The notes: generated by a model from the sequence alone, not told the origin. A stretch of DNA of 63,998 nt, filler included, from Pseudovirgaria hyperparasitica (GCA_010093815.1; 8 parts of 5 records of this genome joined end to end with filler, not necessarily neighbours in it), one strand, 5' to 3'; shown: positions 11,220 to 24,519, counted from the first letter of the whole stretch. A program made the numbers and translations.

Positions 11220-13980
11220 GATAGTAATAGTTCACCTTATAAAGGAATTAGTTAACATAGAGAAGGGATAATAGGTGTTATAGGTAGACGCATTAGGCTA
11301 ACCTTTAGTTAAGGTAATCCCTTAACTAATAACCTTACCCCTAGCGTCTCTACTAGCATATCTACTACTAGTAATAGTGCGATAGGAGCTTAAAATAACG
11401 ACCTAGTAACTCGTAGAGAGATACTTAACTTCTTTGTAGTATTTGCGCGATAAGGAAGGATAGTATCTCTATCTACCCTAGCCCCCGAGCGCTTTAAAGA
11501 AATAAATATTACGGCCTTCCTTCGGAAGTACGAGAATATATATATAAACTACGAAGTTCCGCCTAATAAGAAGATAACCTCCCTACCGTCATACTACGAG
11601 AACTATCTCCGTCCTACTATTAAAGAAATAAGTAGGTTTTAGAAATAGTAGTAGGCCACACTACGTAAAGAATTATTAAAGGAATTCTCTCTATTTAACT
11701 CTACCCTCGAGGAAGGTACTATCCACTTTATCCGAAAATACGTGGAAATGGTTAAAGTAGATCTATCCTACTCTCTCTCTATGTACTACTCCCGGTATCG
11801 TGTTATCACGGAGAAACTTACGGCTAAAGGAAGTCTAAGCTCGTATTCGCGAATAGAGCTCTTCCTAGAAGGGCTGCCTAATAGTCTTAAGGCTCGGGCT
11901 ATAGAGAAATGTTAACTTACGATAGAAGTATATAGTTACGACTAGGTAATTATCTATGGCTTTATATTACGAAAGGCTAGAGTACTTAAGGAACTAGCTC
12001 GTATTAATAAGTACTTAGCCGCATAAGAGCTAGCCATAGCCATATACTATAAATTAAAGATAGGGAGTAAGAAGACCGGCTTAGAAGAGTAGTTATATGA
12101 AGAAAGAAGAACTAATAAATTTAACTACCTCTCTCTAGTCGTAGTACACGTCACGCTAGAATCGGATAAGTTTAACGAGATAGTAGAGAGATTTAGTAAA
12201 CTAGACCTTACGTTAATTAAGATAAAGTCCTACTTTACCTCTAATCCCTTATTTCTATCCCTTAAGAAGTACGAACCTAAGCTACTTTCGGCTATTATTA
12301 ACTAGTAGGCGCGAAGGCTAAATCTTTTAGTACATCCCTAAGTATAAGACATGCCTATAGAACTAACGTAAGTTTATCCATAGAATTATATATAGAATAG
12401 AGAATACGTCTCTACCCGAGACTCCTAAGAAGACGTTATAGCCTAGGCTAGGCCTTAAAGACTAATCGTGTATATTACGTACGGAGAAGATTACCTAATA
12501 TATAGATATCCGGAGATAGTAGGATACATTAGAGATAGATTACTAAATATTAACGGGGTACGAGTATTCTAAGGGCGTTTCGGGGCGAATAGAGAAGAAA
12601 TCCTATTACTACCCTCCTTAGTAGAGCTATAAGCTACTCTATAAGCTATCCGGAACTACGTAGTAACGGTTTAAAACGGCCTAAGCTAGTACGGAGGAGG
12701 AGTAAAGGTTTCTACGTCCGTAGTAAATATTAACGCTTCATAGGGAGTGCTAGTATATAGTATTAGTATAAAACCTACGAAGGGTCCCTACTAGGCCTTA
12801 ATAGATAGCGATTTAGAAGAAGAAGTTACGTCGCCCGAGAGTAAGAAAGATAGATATATAGAATTCTATAAACGCTTTAACGTAGCTAGTAATAGATATA
12901 TCCGTAAGGAGATAGCCCTAGAAGAGCCCGCTATACTCGTAATATCTAGAAGGGGGATTACGAAGAGTACACCTAATTATACTAAGGAAAGAAAGATCGC
13001 CCGTCTCTACGGAATACGTAAAAAGTAGTATATAAGGATTATTAAGGAATAGAAGGACGGCGAGAAGAGTAGTAACTAGGGAACGTCTAAATAAGAGCCA
13101 ACGGCGCTAGAGGATAAGATAGATAAAGGGGATAGCCTAAATCCTAGTTAAAAGGTATATATCTAAGGCGTTAAGCTTAATAACTATCTACACGAAGGAT
13201 AGCGGCTAAGTATAGAAGCTAGCGAAGCATGGCTAGTGCGCGTTCTAGGGATAACCATGAATATTACTATTAGCGAACTATTAAGCCTTAATAGCGACTT
13301 ATATCGTACGGTATTCGAGAAGGGCGCCCCCGACTTTATAGCTAGAGAGATCTATAAGACTTAAGAAGAGAGAGCTAAGAAGAAAGGAAGAAACGACCAT
13401 GCCATGGCTCCTAAGATAAATAAACTTAATATATTAGTACCCCTCTATGCTACGGGGATAGCTATTATATAATAAGATATTAATTAGCTTAAGGAAGGGA
13501 TAGTAAGGCTGGTAGCCGAGTATCTAAGGTACCCTATAGAAGTTAGTTCTAAAAGGGCGACTAGTATAGTACTATTCGATAGTGGCGCATAGGTAAATAG
13601 CATTCGACTAGATGCTACGAGGCGTCTTAGGCTAGCGATATCTTCGCTTCTACTATATATAAAGAACTCGAGTTTAGTTAGTACTACTTAGTATAGTACT
13701 CTATTTATAGGAATAGTATAGTAATACCCTATCTATATAGGTCGGATTATTACGGCTACTTTAATATTTATATATAGCGAACTTAATTATAACCTTATCC
13801 TAGGGGAGCCATATACTAGATAGGCCTTACTTACGGTATAGAGGTTAGCCTCTAGGTAAGTACTCTTAATAGTCTACTCTATATATAGATAAGAATATAT
13901 AACCTTCAAAACTAGTCCGGACAAGTATATTCTAGTCTTAGAGAAGGAGGGTAACTCCATAGCTAGAGACTAACTATATA
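11220..13980 (+). pseudogene. Gypsy-3 gag-protease
   Basis: Capsid-like motif ITAFLRKYE...LPSYYE...LRKELLKEF and aspartic protease DSGA. Many RIP stops. Ends are approximate. Confidence 0.75.
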
Positions 13981-14049
13981 GCGGAGTATGTCGCCGGAAG
14001 CCGGAGTTAAGCCGGATTATTAGTTAAGGGCTACCCTTAACTAATAATC

Positions 14050-17000
14050 CGCACTAAATAGAGTCCGGTAAACATACTAATAAAGGGGATAGGCTATATT
14101 TTTATACAGATATAGAAATAAGTTATATAGAGTTACTTTCCGAGAAAATCCGGCCTAAAAATATTACTCGGTTATCGAGAAAAGATAACTTAGCCACCCT
14201 AGTTATAGCGGTAAGGTACGCTACCTTTATATATAAATAAGGCACGATAATAGAACGGCTTATAGTAGGCTCTACCGGCCTCTAAAGACGGTATTCATCC
14301 GGGGTATTAAAGGGATTTAGTATAGCTACTATATATAAAAGAAAGGGAGTTAAAGTACACCCCGTGGATAACTCCGAAGCCTACTAAAAGGTTCCTAGAA
14401 ATCTATTAGGGTATCTAGACTAGCGTAAACGAGTAATCGCACGGTAGGTACTTCTTCTAGCTATCTACCTAGGCCTTAACGCGTTTAATAGGCTAATAGA
14501 GCCTCGAAGGGTAACTATCCCGCTAGGAACACGTCTAACGCCTCTATATATAAGTTAGCTAAAGATTAGAATAGAGCTACGTCCTACGGAACTTAAGTTA
14601 CTATATACGATCTTATTATATCGCGAGGAAGCACTAGTATAGGAATTCTTATACCTTAGTAAATTTAATAAAGAGGTGGCATCTCCGCAGGAGATCCGAA
14701 CGGTAGAACATAAGGTATAGTAGGCTAAGAACTTTAATATTCCTAGAGCCCTTTATAGAAAGGTACTTACGATCCTAAAAGAGCGTCTTAATAGCGGAAG
14801 GCTCGAGCCCTATAGTAGTCCTTATTAAAACGCCTATTTTCTCGTGGAAAAGAAGAAGAAAGCTAATAAGGAACGAGATTATAGGTTAATTAATTCGGCG
14901 ATAGAAATTAACCGAGTTACTATTCGTAATACGGCTACGCCGCCCTTATATAAAGAGTTCTCGGAGTACTTTACGGGGATAGCCGTCTTAATATTTACCG
15001 ACTTCTTCTTAGAATATAATTAGATTCTATTAGTAGAGTATTACTAAGACTTAACGGGGTTTATAACGCCCCTAGAATTACTATACGGGATAATATTATC
15101 TTAAGGGGCTACTAATTTAGTAGCTTAGTTCGTTAGAATTATATTAACTATTATATAAGAACATATCCCGGAGAGGGCTCTACTATTCCTAGATAACTTA
15201 GGCATTAAAGGACCTATAATAAAATATAACTCTAAGGAGGCCCTGCCTAGAATTTATAGGTATATCCTAGAACATTTAATTAACGTGGATAAGGTTCTCG
15301 CGGATATAGAGCGCGCCGGATACGCCCTAAGTAGTAAGAAGACTTAGTGGTATATTAAAGCCGCTAACGTTATAGAATACGTCTACGATATTAAAGGGAG
15401 GCGACCGAGTAATAAAAAGGTTACTACTATTAGGGACTGGAAACCCTATAAAAACATGATAAATGTACGAGCCTTCCTTGGCGTTTATATATATTTCCGG
15501 ATATAGATCCCCGGGTACGCTATTATCGCATTGCCGCTATTTATACTATTAAAGAATAAATCGGCCTAGTAGTAGATAGCTAAGGAGTAGACCTCGATGG
15601 ACGCGCTAAAGATAGCTCTAACTACTACTCCCGTACTAATAACGTTACGGTACGGGATAGATATAGAAGATATAATTCTAGTAGTAGACTCTAGTAACGT
15701 TAGGTAGGGAGCTACGTTAATATAGGAGAACGAGAATTATAAATATTAGCTATCGCGGTATAATAGAGAAATATAGTTAAAAGCTAAGAGAAACTACGAT
15801 ACCGTGAAGCTAGAGTACTAAGCCCTCCTCCACGCGTTATAGAAGTTCTAGTAATATCTCTATAGCACGTACTTTATTATAGAAATAGATATAAATACTC
15901 TAGTCGCTTAAATCAACCGTACCGTAACTAACTTACTAGGGGCGCTCGTTACTAGGTGGCTCGCGTGGATTTAGCTATAGAACTTTATAGTTAGGCACGT
16001 ACCTAGGAAGCGTAATATAGTCGCCGACGGTATCTTACGGATATATAAAGAAGAAGAACCACTAGACGTCTCTATCTTTAACCTAGACGAGTTTATGGAC
16101 ATGGCTCTATATATAGACGTGCTAGAGATGTCGTTAATTAAGCCTATTAGCGGAAGAGATTACATAATAGAGATACTTAACTATACCGCCATTAAGTCTC
16201 CCTTAATAGATAAATATAGTAATAAATAGTAGAGGATTACGAAGTACCTTACTATACTTAAGAGGCTAACCGACCTAACCGACCGAGCGTATAAGGCCTT
16301 TATAACTAACTACCTAAAGTTCCTTATATATAACCGAATACTCTAGTGGAGAGGAGATAGGCATCGCTAATATATACGAGTAATTAAGGATCCGAATACT
16401 AGGGCGCGTATAATTACCGCCACTCACAATAAGATAGATTATAGAGGTAGCGAAGGAACCCTCGGAAGGATTAAAGATAAGTATTAGTAGGTAGATATAC
16501 ATAGAGACGTACGATAGCACGTAAAAACCTATAACGAATATTAATAACGAAGTAAACTCCTTAGAGGTCTTAATAAAGGGCTCTACTACGTTATAACGCC
16601 TATTCTTTAGTAAAGAATATACTTAGACGTAATAACGCTACTACCTTCTATAGGGTATAGTAAAGTAGTATCTATATAAGAATAGCTAAGCGGATAGACT
16701 AAGGCGGAGGCATATACGGCGGCCACGTCCATAGTCGTCATAAAGTTCCTCTTTAAGAACGTGATCTATAGATATAGAATTATTTCTAAAATCATCTATA
16801 ACGGTAGTAGAGAAAATATAGGTACCATAGAGGAGCTCCTCTAACTCTATAGAATTTATTAGAAGGTTACGTCTATATATAATCCCCGAGTAAATAGAAT
16901 TATTAAGAGAAGTTTTATACTACTCGCTAATACTCTTACAAAGATAACTAATAGCGGATTTAAGAACTAGCCCGGCCACCTCTATACGGTCGTCTAGGTA

Positions 17001-17680
17001 GATAGAATAACGATACGTACTAGTATAGGGTATAGTACCGTATACCTCGTGCTCGGCTATAAACCAATCATATCTATCGAAGTCGAATTTGAGTCGCTCC
17101 GAATGCTCCCTTAGAATAAGATATGATTAATATCCGACTTACTCGCTCTTCGAGCTAGATAACTTAAGAGAAGATCTAAGGATCTTAAGGAGGCCTATAC
17201 CTATACGACACGAACGCGTAAGGAATCGAGAGAGGCATAGAATAACAACTATTACCTTCGTTAAGAGTCGTTACTAGTTAATATAATTATCCTTCTATAC
17301 GACTCGTAGCGATAGAAGGATATAGAGCGGAAGCTAAGGTAGCATTAGAGGGGTCATATAGAATCTAGTCCGTGTTTAATTATACTTATAAGCTCGCGGA
17401 GCTTAATAGAGCCATGCTTAGAGGGACGTTTCCTAGCCATAGGTTAAAGAAATATTTTATAAGAAATATAAGTAACGAGAGTCACGACGAGCCCTCGCGA
17501 CCACCGATTAGAAGAATTACTAAGGAAAATAAGGAGAGTAGTAATAAGGAAAACTATTATAAATAACTCATGGAACACCTCGATAACGCCACACGAACCC
17601 GGGTAGAAGTGGTAATTCCTACTCCGTAAGACTTTAATAGAGAAGAATATTTACGTTTCCCTAGAATTAATATCTCCTTC
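14050..17680 (+). pseudogene. Gypsy-3 pol (RT, RNase H, integrase; no chromodomain seen)
   Basis: FLVEKK, YRLIN, GFITPLELL, GATNLVA, FLDN, VRAFLGV, NIVADGI, SIYNPRVNRIIKR motifs. Start is approximate. Confidence 0.85.
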
Positions 17681-18362
17681 TAGGGGATAGAAGTTTTTTT
17701 AAGGAGGGAAGGGATACTTATAAAAGTAGTCTTATAATAATAAACTCTATTATCGAAAAAGGACGATGAACTCTATTATTAAAAGAGGATAATAAACCCT
17801 ATTATTACTATAAAATAATAAAACTTATTATTAAAGTAAGTAATGCTCGAAAGAAGATATAATGGCGTTTACGCAAATTCCATCTACCATATATTAAAGC
17901 CGGTCGTGTAATCGAAGCCTACCTATCGAAGGCCTATTTTGTTACTATAGAACGGGCCCCGTTAGAAACTAATAAGGAAGAAAAGAAGGAGAAGGTATAG
18001 GAGAAAAAGATACTTATAGGAAGTCTTATAAGGATAAGAATATACCCGGTATCTATTAATTTATAGATTCCGCTATATACCCGGTAGATACATTCATTCA
18101 TAGATTTCCTATATACCTAGTATATATTCATTCATAGATTCGACACGTATACGGGCCTATAGCCGTTAGTAAGGATCATTTATAAAAATTACTATATACC
18201 CGGCATTCGAGGAGGCATAAAAAGAGAACTTAAGATAGTATATAACTCTTCCCTCTTATACCTCTCTATACCTCCTTAATTAATAAAACCTCCTCCTCCA
18301 CTTCCGCCTCACTTAACTACCTCTCCTTAGAACATAACTCGCCAATAGAACCGATAATAATA

Positions 18363-21290
18363 ATAGCCCCGCCGAAAAAGAAAACGCCTACCCGTAAAGA
18401 GTTATAAGATCGTTAAGTACTAATAAGATAGACGCGGTCCTAGTTAAGAGTCGTAAGTACTAAAGTAGGGCTATTAACGGCTATCGTGGTATTAAGGCCA
18501 TCTACTACTCTGTACGGATAGACTATAGAAGCTACGGAAGTAAATGAGTCTACTATTAACCGAATTATCGCTATCTAGGACCCGTAAGAGCGATAGGACT
18601 ATATTCTAGATACGTTTAATAATCTCCTTCATATTACTAGCCTTATAGAATAGCTCTTAAGTAGTATAGTTAACCTCTTCTAGGAAGTAGGAGCCGTAAT
18701 AGGGTATAGTAAGGTAAAGATTAACTCCTCTATTCCGAAAGAAGTCCACGAGATAATTTATTATAGAAGAGATACTAACTCCCGTATCCTAAAAGCTAAA
18801 AATGCGATCCTATAAAACTAGCAAAAAGACCTCCCTAATAATAACGGCTAGTTACTCTAATCCGCCCTTAGATAGCTCTAGTAAATATAGAACTTTATAG
18901 AAAAGCTAGTAGCGCTCTTATAAATACGGATATAGGCGAGAGTAAGGAACTAGTTAAACGCATCTCTATAGTCCTAAATTAGCTAGGGATAGAAGGGAAG
19001 GGGAATTAAGGTATATCTTTAGAGCTCTAATATTAATACCGCCCTAGCTAGTAATAGTAACGAGGACGGTCTATCTCTCTAGTAACTCTTGAACTACCCT
19101 AGCCGATAAAATAAACTAACGTTCTATAATAAGACGGGACTTATTATCCCCGCTAGGTAATAGTTATAGATAAGTAGAATGGTTTATAGGCCCGTCGAAT
19201 ACTATCTATAAATTAAAGAGATAAGTATATCGCCTCCGCCTTAGACCTTACCGTCGCTAAAACTAGCGTAGGTAACGCCCGCGGTAAAGTCCCCTCTATA
19301 AAGTACGCCTCCTAGTTTAGTAGTACGTTATCTCTTCGAAGCTAGTCGTCCGTTCGAAGTAAGTATTCCTCCTACTACTACTAGTATACGTCCCTTACCG
19401 GGCTATACGAGAACCTCTTTAGTATCTATTATAGCTATACCGATAAAACCCACTCGTAGACGTGCCTTATCTACCGGCCCTTAGTAATTACTAGGGGCGC
19501 CTACACGATAATCCCCGGTTATTCTTAGTTTATACTCTAAGATAATAGTATTAGTCGAGGAAGAGGACGAGCCTAAGAAGTATTAATACGCGCCTTTAGT
19601 AACGAAGACTTTTAAGGTAGCTATATTATTAAAGAAGAATTTCACGAGCATTAAGGGAATGGCTCTACTAGTGCGCTAGAAAGCGTAGATAGGTAACATG
19701 GCTATTCCGTATAAAGTCTACTATAAGTATTACTAAGACGTAGCTAGAAAGAATAATATACTCGTTAGCGTGTCCTACTTAAACCTAGTAGCGAGACTTA
19801 AAATAGTATATAAGTTTAGAGATAACGTGGGGGCCCTTAAAGTTTATAAGGACCGCTATACCTGGTTCGCGAAGTACACGCGGCCACCTTATCCGATAGA
19901 GGCATTAGATATCTATTATTACTAGGCCCTAGAGACCCCGAAGTAAGTTATTAATATTAAAACTATCCTTACTAGTATCGTATTTATGATTTAGAAGGAG
20001 GACGGTAGAATAGGTAGATAACTCTTCGACGAGTAGAAACGTACTAGAAGTATTAATATTAAAGGGCTCTTCGAGCTACTTAAAAAGACGACCTCTATAC
20101 TTAATAAGAGTATTCTAGAACTCGCGAGGGATGAATTTAATATATATAAGTACTACTAGCGCATGTTTAATAAGAAATCGAACTACGGCTAGCTACGAAC
20201 TATATACTACTCCTATATCTAATAGTTTATTAGGTAATATCTACTTTACTAGCTTACCTATATTGCTCTTCGGCCCGATCTTAACTACTATCTAATCTCG
20301 TACCCGTACTATGTGAAGTCCTAGAATAGGGGCGATAAGACAGGTTTTAAGCATCTCGATAACGCTATTAATCGAATTCTCGATCCTAGCGATAGACACG
20401 GGTTTAATATAATCTAGGGGAGTATTAGTCTCGACGATAAATAAAGTAACGACTATACTATAATTATTCCCCGCTCCTATAAGTTCTTAAATAAATAGTA
20501 GTCGAAGGCCAAGCTCCGCGAGGGGGTTAATTAAAATAGTATAATCACGGCTATTAACGATAAGATCTATAATACGGACGATAAGAAACGATTTAGTCCC
20601 TTTGTCCCGGTCCCCTACTAGTCCCTTAAAGTATATATCTCTAGCCTACTAATAATATACGGTGCCTAGGGTCCCGTAAAGGGTGGAAGACGTATAATAC
20701 TTCTATAGTATATCGCGATTAGCCCTAATCATATAATAATAGAAGTGCCTGAAATAGGCATATAGGAATAACTCGCAGTAGCTTATAGGAATTTAACTCT
20801 AGGACCCACATCTCTATCGGGATTTTCTAATAAATATAGCGCGATTCCTTTTGCCTTCCTAGCTATAGTTTAACTCCCGAGTTTTAACGCCATTAGTAAC
20901 GCATTAGTCGGCTATAAAAGATAGAATAGCTAGAAGGTAAAAGAAGAGGTAGCTACGTAGCTTAACGCAAGTCCTTAATAACTTAAAGCTAAGGTAGACG
21001 CCTAGTTTAAGGAGGGCTCGAGGGTATTCGTAGAGACCTTTAAGAAAATAGTAAGATAGGAAAGACTAGTCTATAGGGATAGGTCGTTCTAGAAGGAATT
21101 TAACGAGGCGCGCGCCGCTAAGCGGCTAATTAATTTTAAGAAATTCGAGTCTAACGCGGGCCTAGATAATATCGAAGAGAACTTCTATAGATAGGAGAGG
21201 CCTAATAAACTATCCGATAAGGAGGAATCTAACCTCTCTAAGATAAGCGATACGATTCTTTAGAAGCTAGCTCGCGACCTCGAGTACTAA
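18363..21290 (+). pseudogene. Gypsy-3 ORF3 (~975 codons): helical N-terminus, S/P/T-rich linker, PhyH-like 2OG-Fe(II) dioxygenase domain, acidic tail
   Basis: Start (AT[G>A] 18363, MAPPKKK), catalytic core and TAA 21290 share one frame, and internal stops are TAA/TAG consistent with RIP. Core reads YLISYPYYVKS..GDKTGFK-HLD (20352-20360)...I(Q)GSISLDD...TIIIPRS(H)...(H)GA(Q)GP..GGRR (distal TAC<CAC at 20658). Confidence 0.75.
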
Positions 21291-21494
21291 GATTAGGCGC
21301 CTAAAAACCTACCTAATTATTAGTTAAGGGCTACCCTTAACTAATAATCTGGGCTAAGGTTTACCCGCGCCGAGAGCTTTACTAGGGGCGCATTTCATTT
21401 ATATTAAGGTCTTTCTTTTAGGCGTTCTTCACACGGTTTCTTACACGGTTACTATACTACTAAGAGTAGTAGTTCTATAGGCCGGGGAGGTATA

Positions 21495-21864
21495 TATAGA
21501 AGGCCGCTCCTACAGCCCTATATATATGTGTCCCTAGCTCGATTACATGGCTTTATTATATATTTAAGGAGGGCGTTTTCCTTGGTCATTCTGCTCGGCG
21601 CTTCCCCCATTACTAATATTCGACTATTCGACCTTTCCTTACGTTCATGGGCCTCTATAGGTATTGATTATTAGGCTTAGCTATTAAAGAATTAATTAAG
21701 AGTATTATATAGACCCGTCCTATCATAAAAGAGAACTAATAAGAAGTCGTACGTTTAAAGAGAACTTATAATACCTAGGAGAGATACTTATAAGTTCGTC
21801 GCGACTACTATACTAGAAACACAGCCATTTATAAAAGGGATACACGTGGCGATAGCTCACTATA
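21495..21864 (+). repeat. Gypsy-3 3' LTR (370 bp)
   Basis: Repeat of 10569-10800, PPT upstream, and 5-bp terminal inverted repeat TGTAG/CTACA after de-RIP. Confidence 0.88.
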
Positions 21865-22029
21865 ATACTCTATAAGGATATATCTAGAGTCTCTAAATTA
21901 GAAGTATCTAATTTAGGAGAAATAAAGGAATTCCTAGGAATAGAGATTATAAGAGATAGAAAACGAAAATCTCTTATTATTTCCCAAAAGAGCTTTATTA
22001 ATAAGATTATATCTAAATATAATAAAGCT
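21865..22029 (+). mobile_element. Copia host fragment 3 (reverse transcriptase)
   Basis: EVSNLGEIKEFLGIEIIRDRKRKSLIISQKSFINKII is a typical Copia RT segment. Confidence 0.85.
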
Positions 22030-24519
22030 NNNNNNNNNNNNNNNNNNNNNNNNNNNNNNNNNNNNNNNNNNNNTTAATTAATTAANNNNNNNNNNNNNNN
22101 NNNNNNNNNNNNNNNNNNNNNNNNNNNNNTTCCGTTTGAAGGAGATGCAATACCAGCGGGGCATATGGAAAAGATTCCAGCTCTAGATTAAACACCGTGC
22201 TGCGTGTCTGCATAGATCTAAGGATGGGGCCGTTATGATAATAGTCTCACGAGACCACTTCTCTGTCTATCAGGGTGCTCAAGAAAACATGCGAATTGGT
22301 ATGTACATGTTGAACCAAAGTCGACCTCCTTGGATATACCGCATTATCTATGGAATGGAATACAATATATAGATTAAGTGAGGATAGTAGCTGTTGTAAT
22401 TACAATGAGCCCTGTGTCACTCATTATAGCAATCTCATCACCAATCTTTAAATGCCATAGTGCGGCTTTAGTGTCTAGGGGCCGTGCCTGGGGGTGCGTG
22501 TTTCAATGGAGGCTATACCAAGTTCAAGGATATAAATATTGGGCTCATGCTTGCCTGCCAGGCATGGCTTTATATTCGCCAGAGAATTCGACGTGAGGCG
22601 ATCCACGTCTTCAAAGCGTACATTCGATGTTGTAGGGTCCATCGATCGACATCGATCCCCCATCCCATGTTGGTCGCTGTCAGGACATCAGTGTGGAATT
22701 CGCTTCCATCCACAGAGCAGGCGGCTTACCTAGCGACTCGACATTCGTAATCACACCCCTGCGCGCCTGTTTCAGCCATTAGTCTACTACACCATCATCA
22801 TGCTCTCGCCCAGCTTGACTCAAAAAATAGCACGTGCGTTCTCGAGTCATTAGAATGCAGAGAGACATAGACCATACCTGGAAGATACCAAACTTTGGCG
22901 CTGAGACCTGAGATCTCTTCCACTGTGTGAAGACATTCGCTTGACCACTGGCGGAAGAGAGGAAGATAGGAGCCCTCTGTGATCGTAGGTCATGAATGTA
23001 GTGTCTCCCGGTAGTCCTGGGTTTAGGCACAACTCTATCAGCTCCGCTCAGTTCCAAAGGACAAGATAAAGCCAGTGCCGGATCACATTGTAGCCTTTCC
23101 TGGCATGAAATATGCGATGCGGCGGCATGACCGTAGAACATCATGCGGATAGCCACAGAGAGGGTAGTACCTTGCAACACGAGAAAAAGTTGAGGAGCGT
23201 CGTGTGTTAAGAGCTAGCAGCTCTGATGCGAAGCTCCAAGCCGCATCATATCTTGTAGTAGTGCCGTATATATCTGTCGCAACTGCAGATTACGCTTGCC
23301 AAGACATTACATAGATCAGCCCGGTCAACCCGGCCGCGGACTTAGACATCTACAACAACCAACTCGTTACACACATTTAACCTTATCGTGCATCAGAAGA
23401 CAAAGACCAGATCTCGTCACTCTTCTCCACTAGGTCCATGTAATTGAACGGAAGACAGGGAATGGTAAATCAGACATTGACTGCGATGATTATGTCCCCA
23501 CAACTACGCGCTACCGGATTTTGATAGGATTTGGAAAATAGTTTCGTTAGACGTCAAACTTAAAGAAACTCTCTCGATGAATCTGGAGAAGAATTCTTAA
23601 TTCGAAGGAGTCCCATAATCAGCCTGTGCATAGACTGTCACGATCAAATGAGGCAGGCTTTGCATAACACAAAGGCGGTTGCGGTTCTTTGTGGATCCGG
23701 TCTGAGATCATGCTCTTGAATAGCAGAAAGGCGGAAGTTGTACAAGCTCGGACAAATACGACGATGCATTGCGTCTCTTGTACACAAAAAATATGAATAA
23801 TCCAAATGTTCCCATGCAAGGCTCGTGCTCGTGTTATTAGGACATCATTGAGTCCGCCGCACCATCGTGAGCAGGGCATATGGCTCCAAGATTTTTTAAA
23901 CACAAACAAAACAAGAGAGAGGACCAAACTTGGCATGACGTGGCTAGCTTTTTTTGACTGATTCGAGTCGAGCGTGACTTCATTGCTTGCCTTTCGCTTT
24001 AATATTGGTTGGCCTTTTAGGCCGTCATCTGTCGATGTTGTTGAGGGAGTATAATGTGATTGCTGGGGTCCGCTGGCTGAGGTGAGTACATAGTCACATT
24101 AAGATCAATGATTGCCTGCTGAAGAGTGGCATACTAGATATAAAGTCAACACCAAGGAGCTATCAGGAGACTATATATTATCAGAGCTATCTATGGATTA
24201 TAAATGTATTCGGGACATACTGCAAGCTGCCAGGCTCACTTCGGACTGAACGCGACATGCATGCAGGCCTTGCATGTAGCGGAAAGATGAATGAGGGTAA
24301 CCTAGAACAAGTCACGTGTAGAGAGTATAACGAGAATAAGGAAATGTACACGACGATAGCAGGCAAGTCTCTGCAACATATGTCTAAGGAAGAAACGCTG
24401 GCCATTCTGTCCGGTCGTGTGTGATTGAGCTATAATCAAGCTGTGTTCGCGACGATCTAGTGCTTTTGCCGTCTCCAGATGAACTGTTAAACCCCTTGAA
24501 CTGCATTGGTGATTTTGCT

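Larger units (their letters stand above)
10569..21864 (+). mobile_element. Gypsy-3: large (>11.3 kb) RIP-degraded Ty3/Gypsy with gag-pro, pol and an extra ORF3
   Basis: Partial 5' LTR 10569-10800 matches 21633-21864. 3' LTR 21495-21864 (T[G>A]TAG...CTA[C>T]A) follows PPT GGCCGGGGAGG. gag APERFKEINITAFLRKYE ~11480, protease LFDSGA ~13572, RT FLDN(D)LGIKG ~15190, RNase H LVVDSS ~15680, integrase ~16300-17400. Confidence 0.92.

Noticed and set aside
6442..17566. Short ORFs at 6442, 16314 and 17372 as independent genes
   Set aside because: Stop-free remnants or antisense shadows of RIP-degraded Gypsy pol.
22378..24405. Short ORFs downstream of the DUF3723 gene
   Set aside because: No family motifs recognised, so left unannotated.
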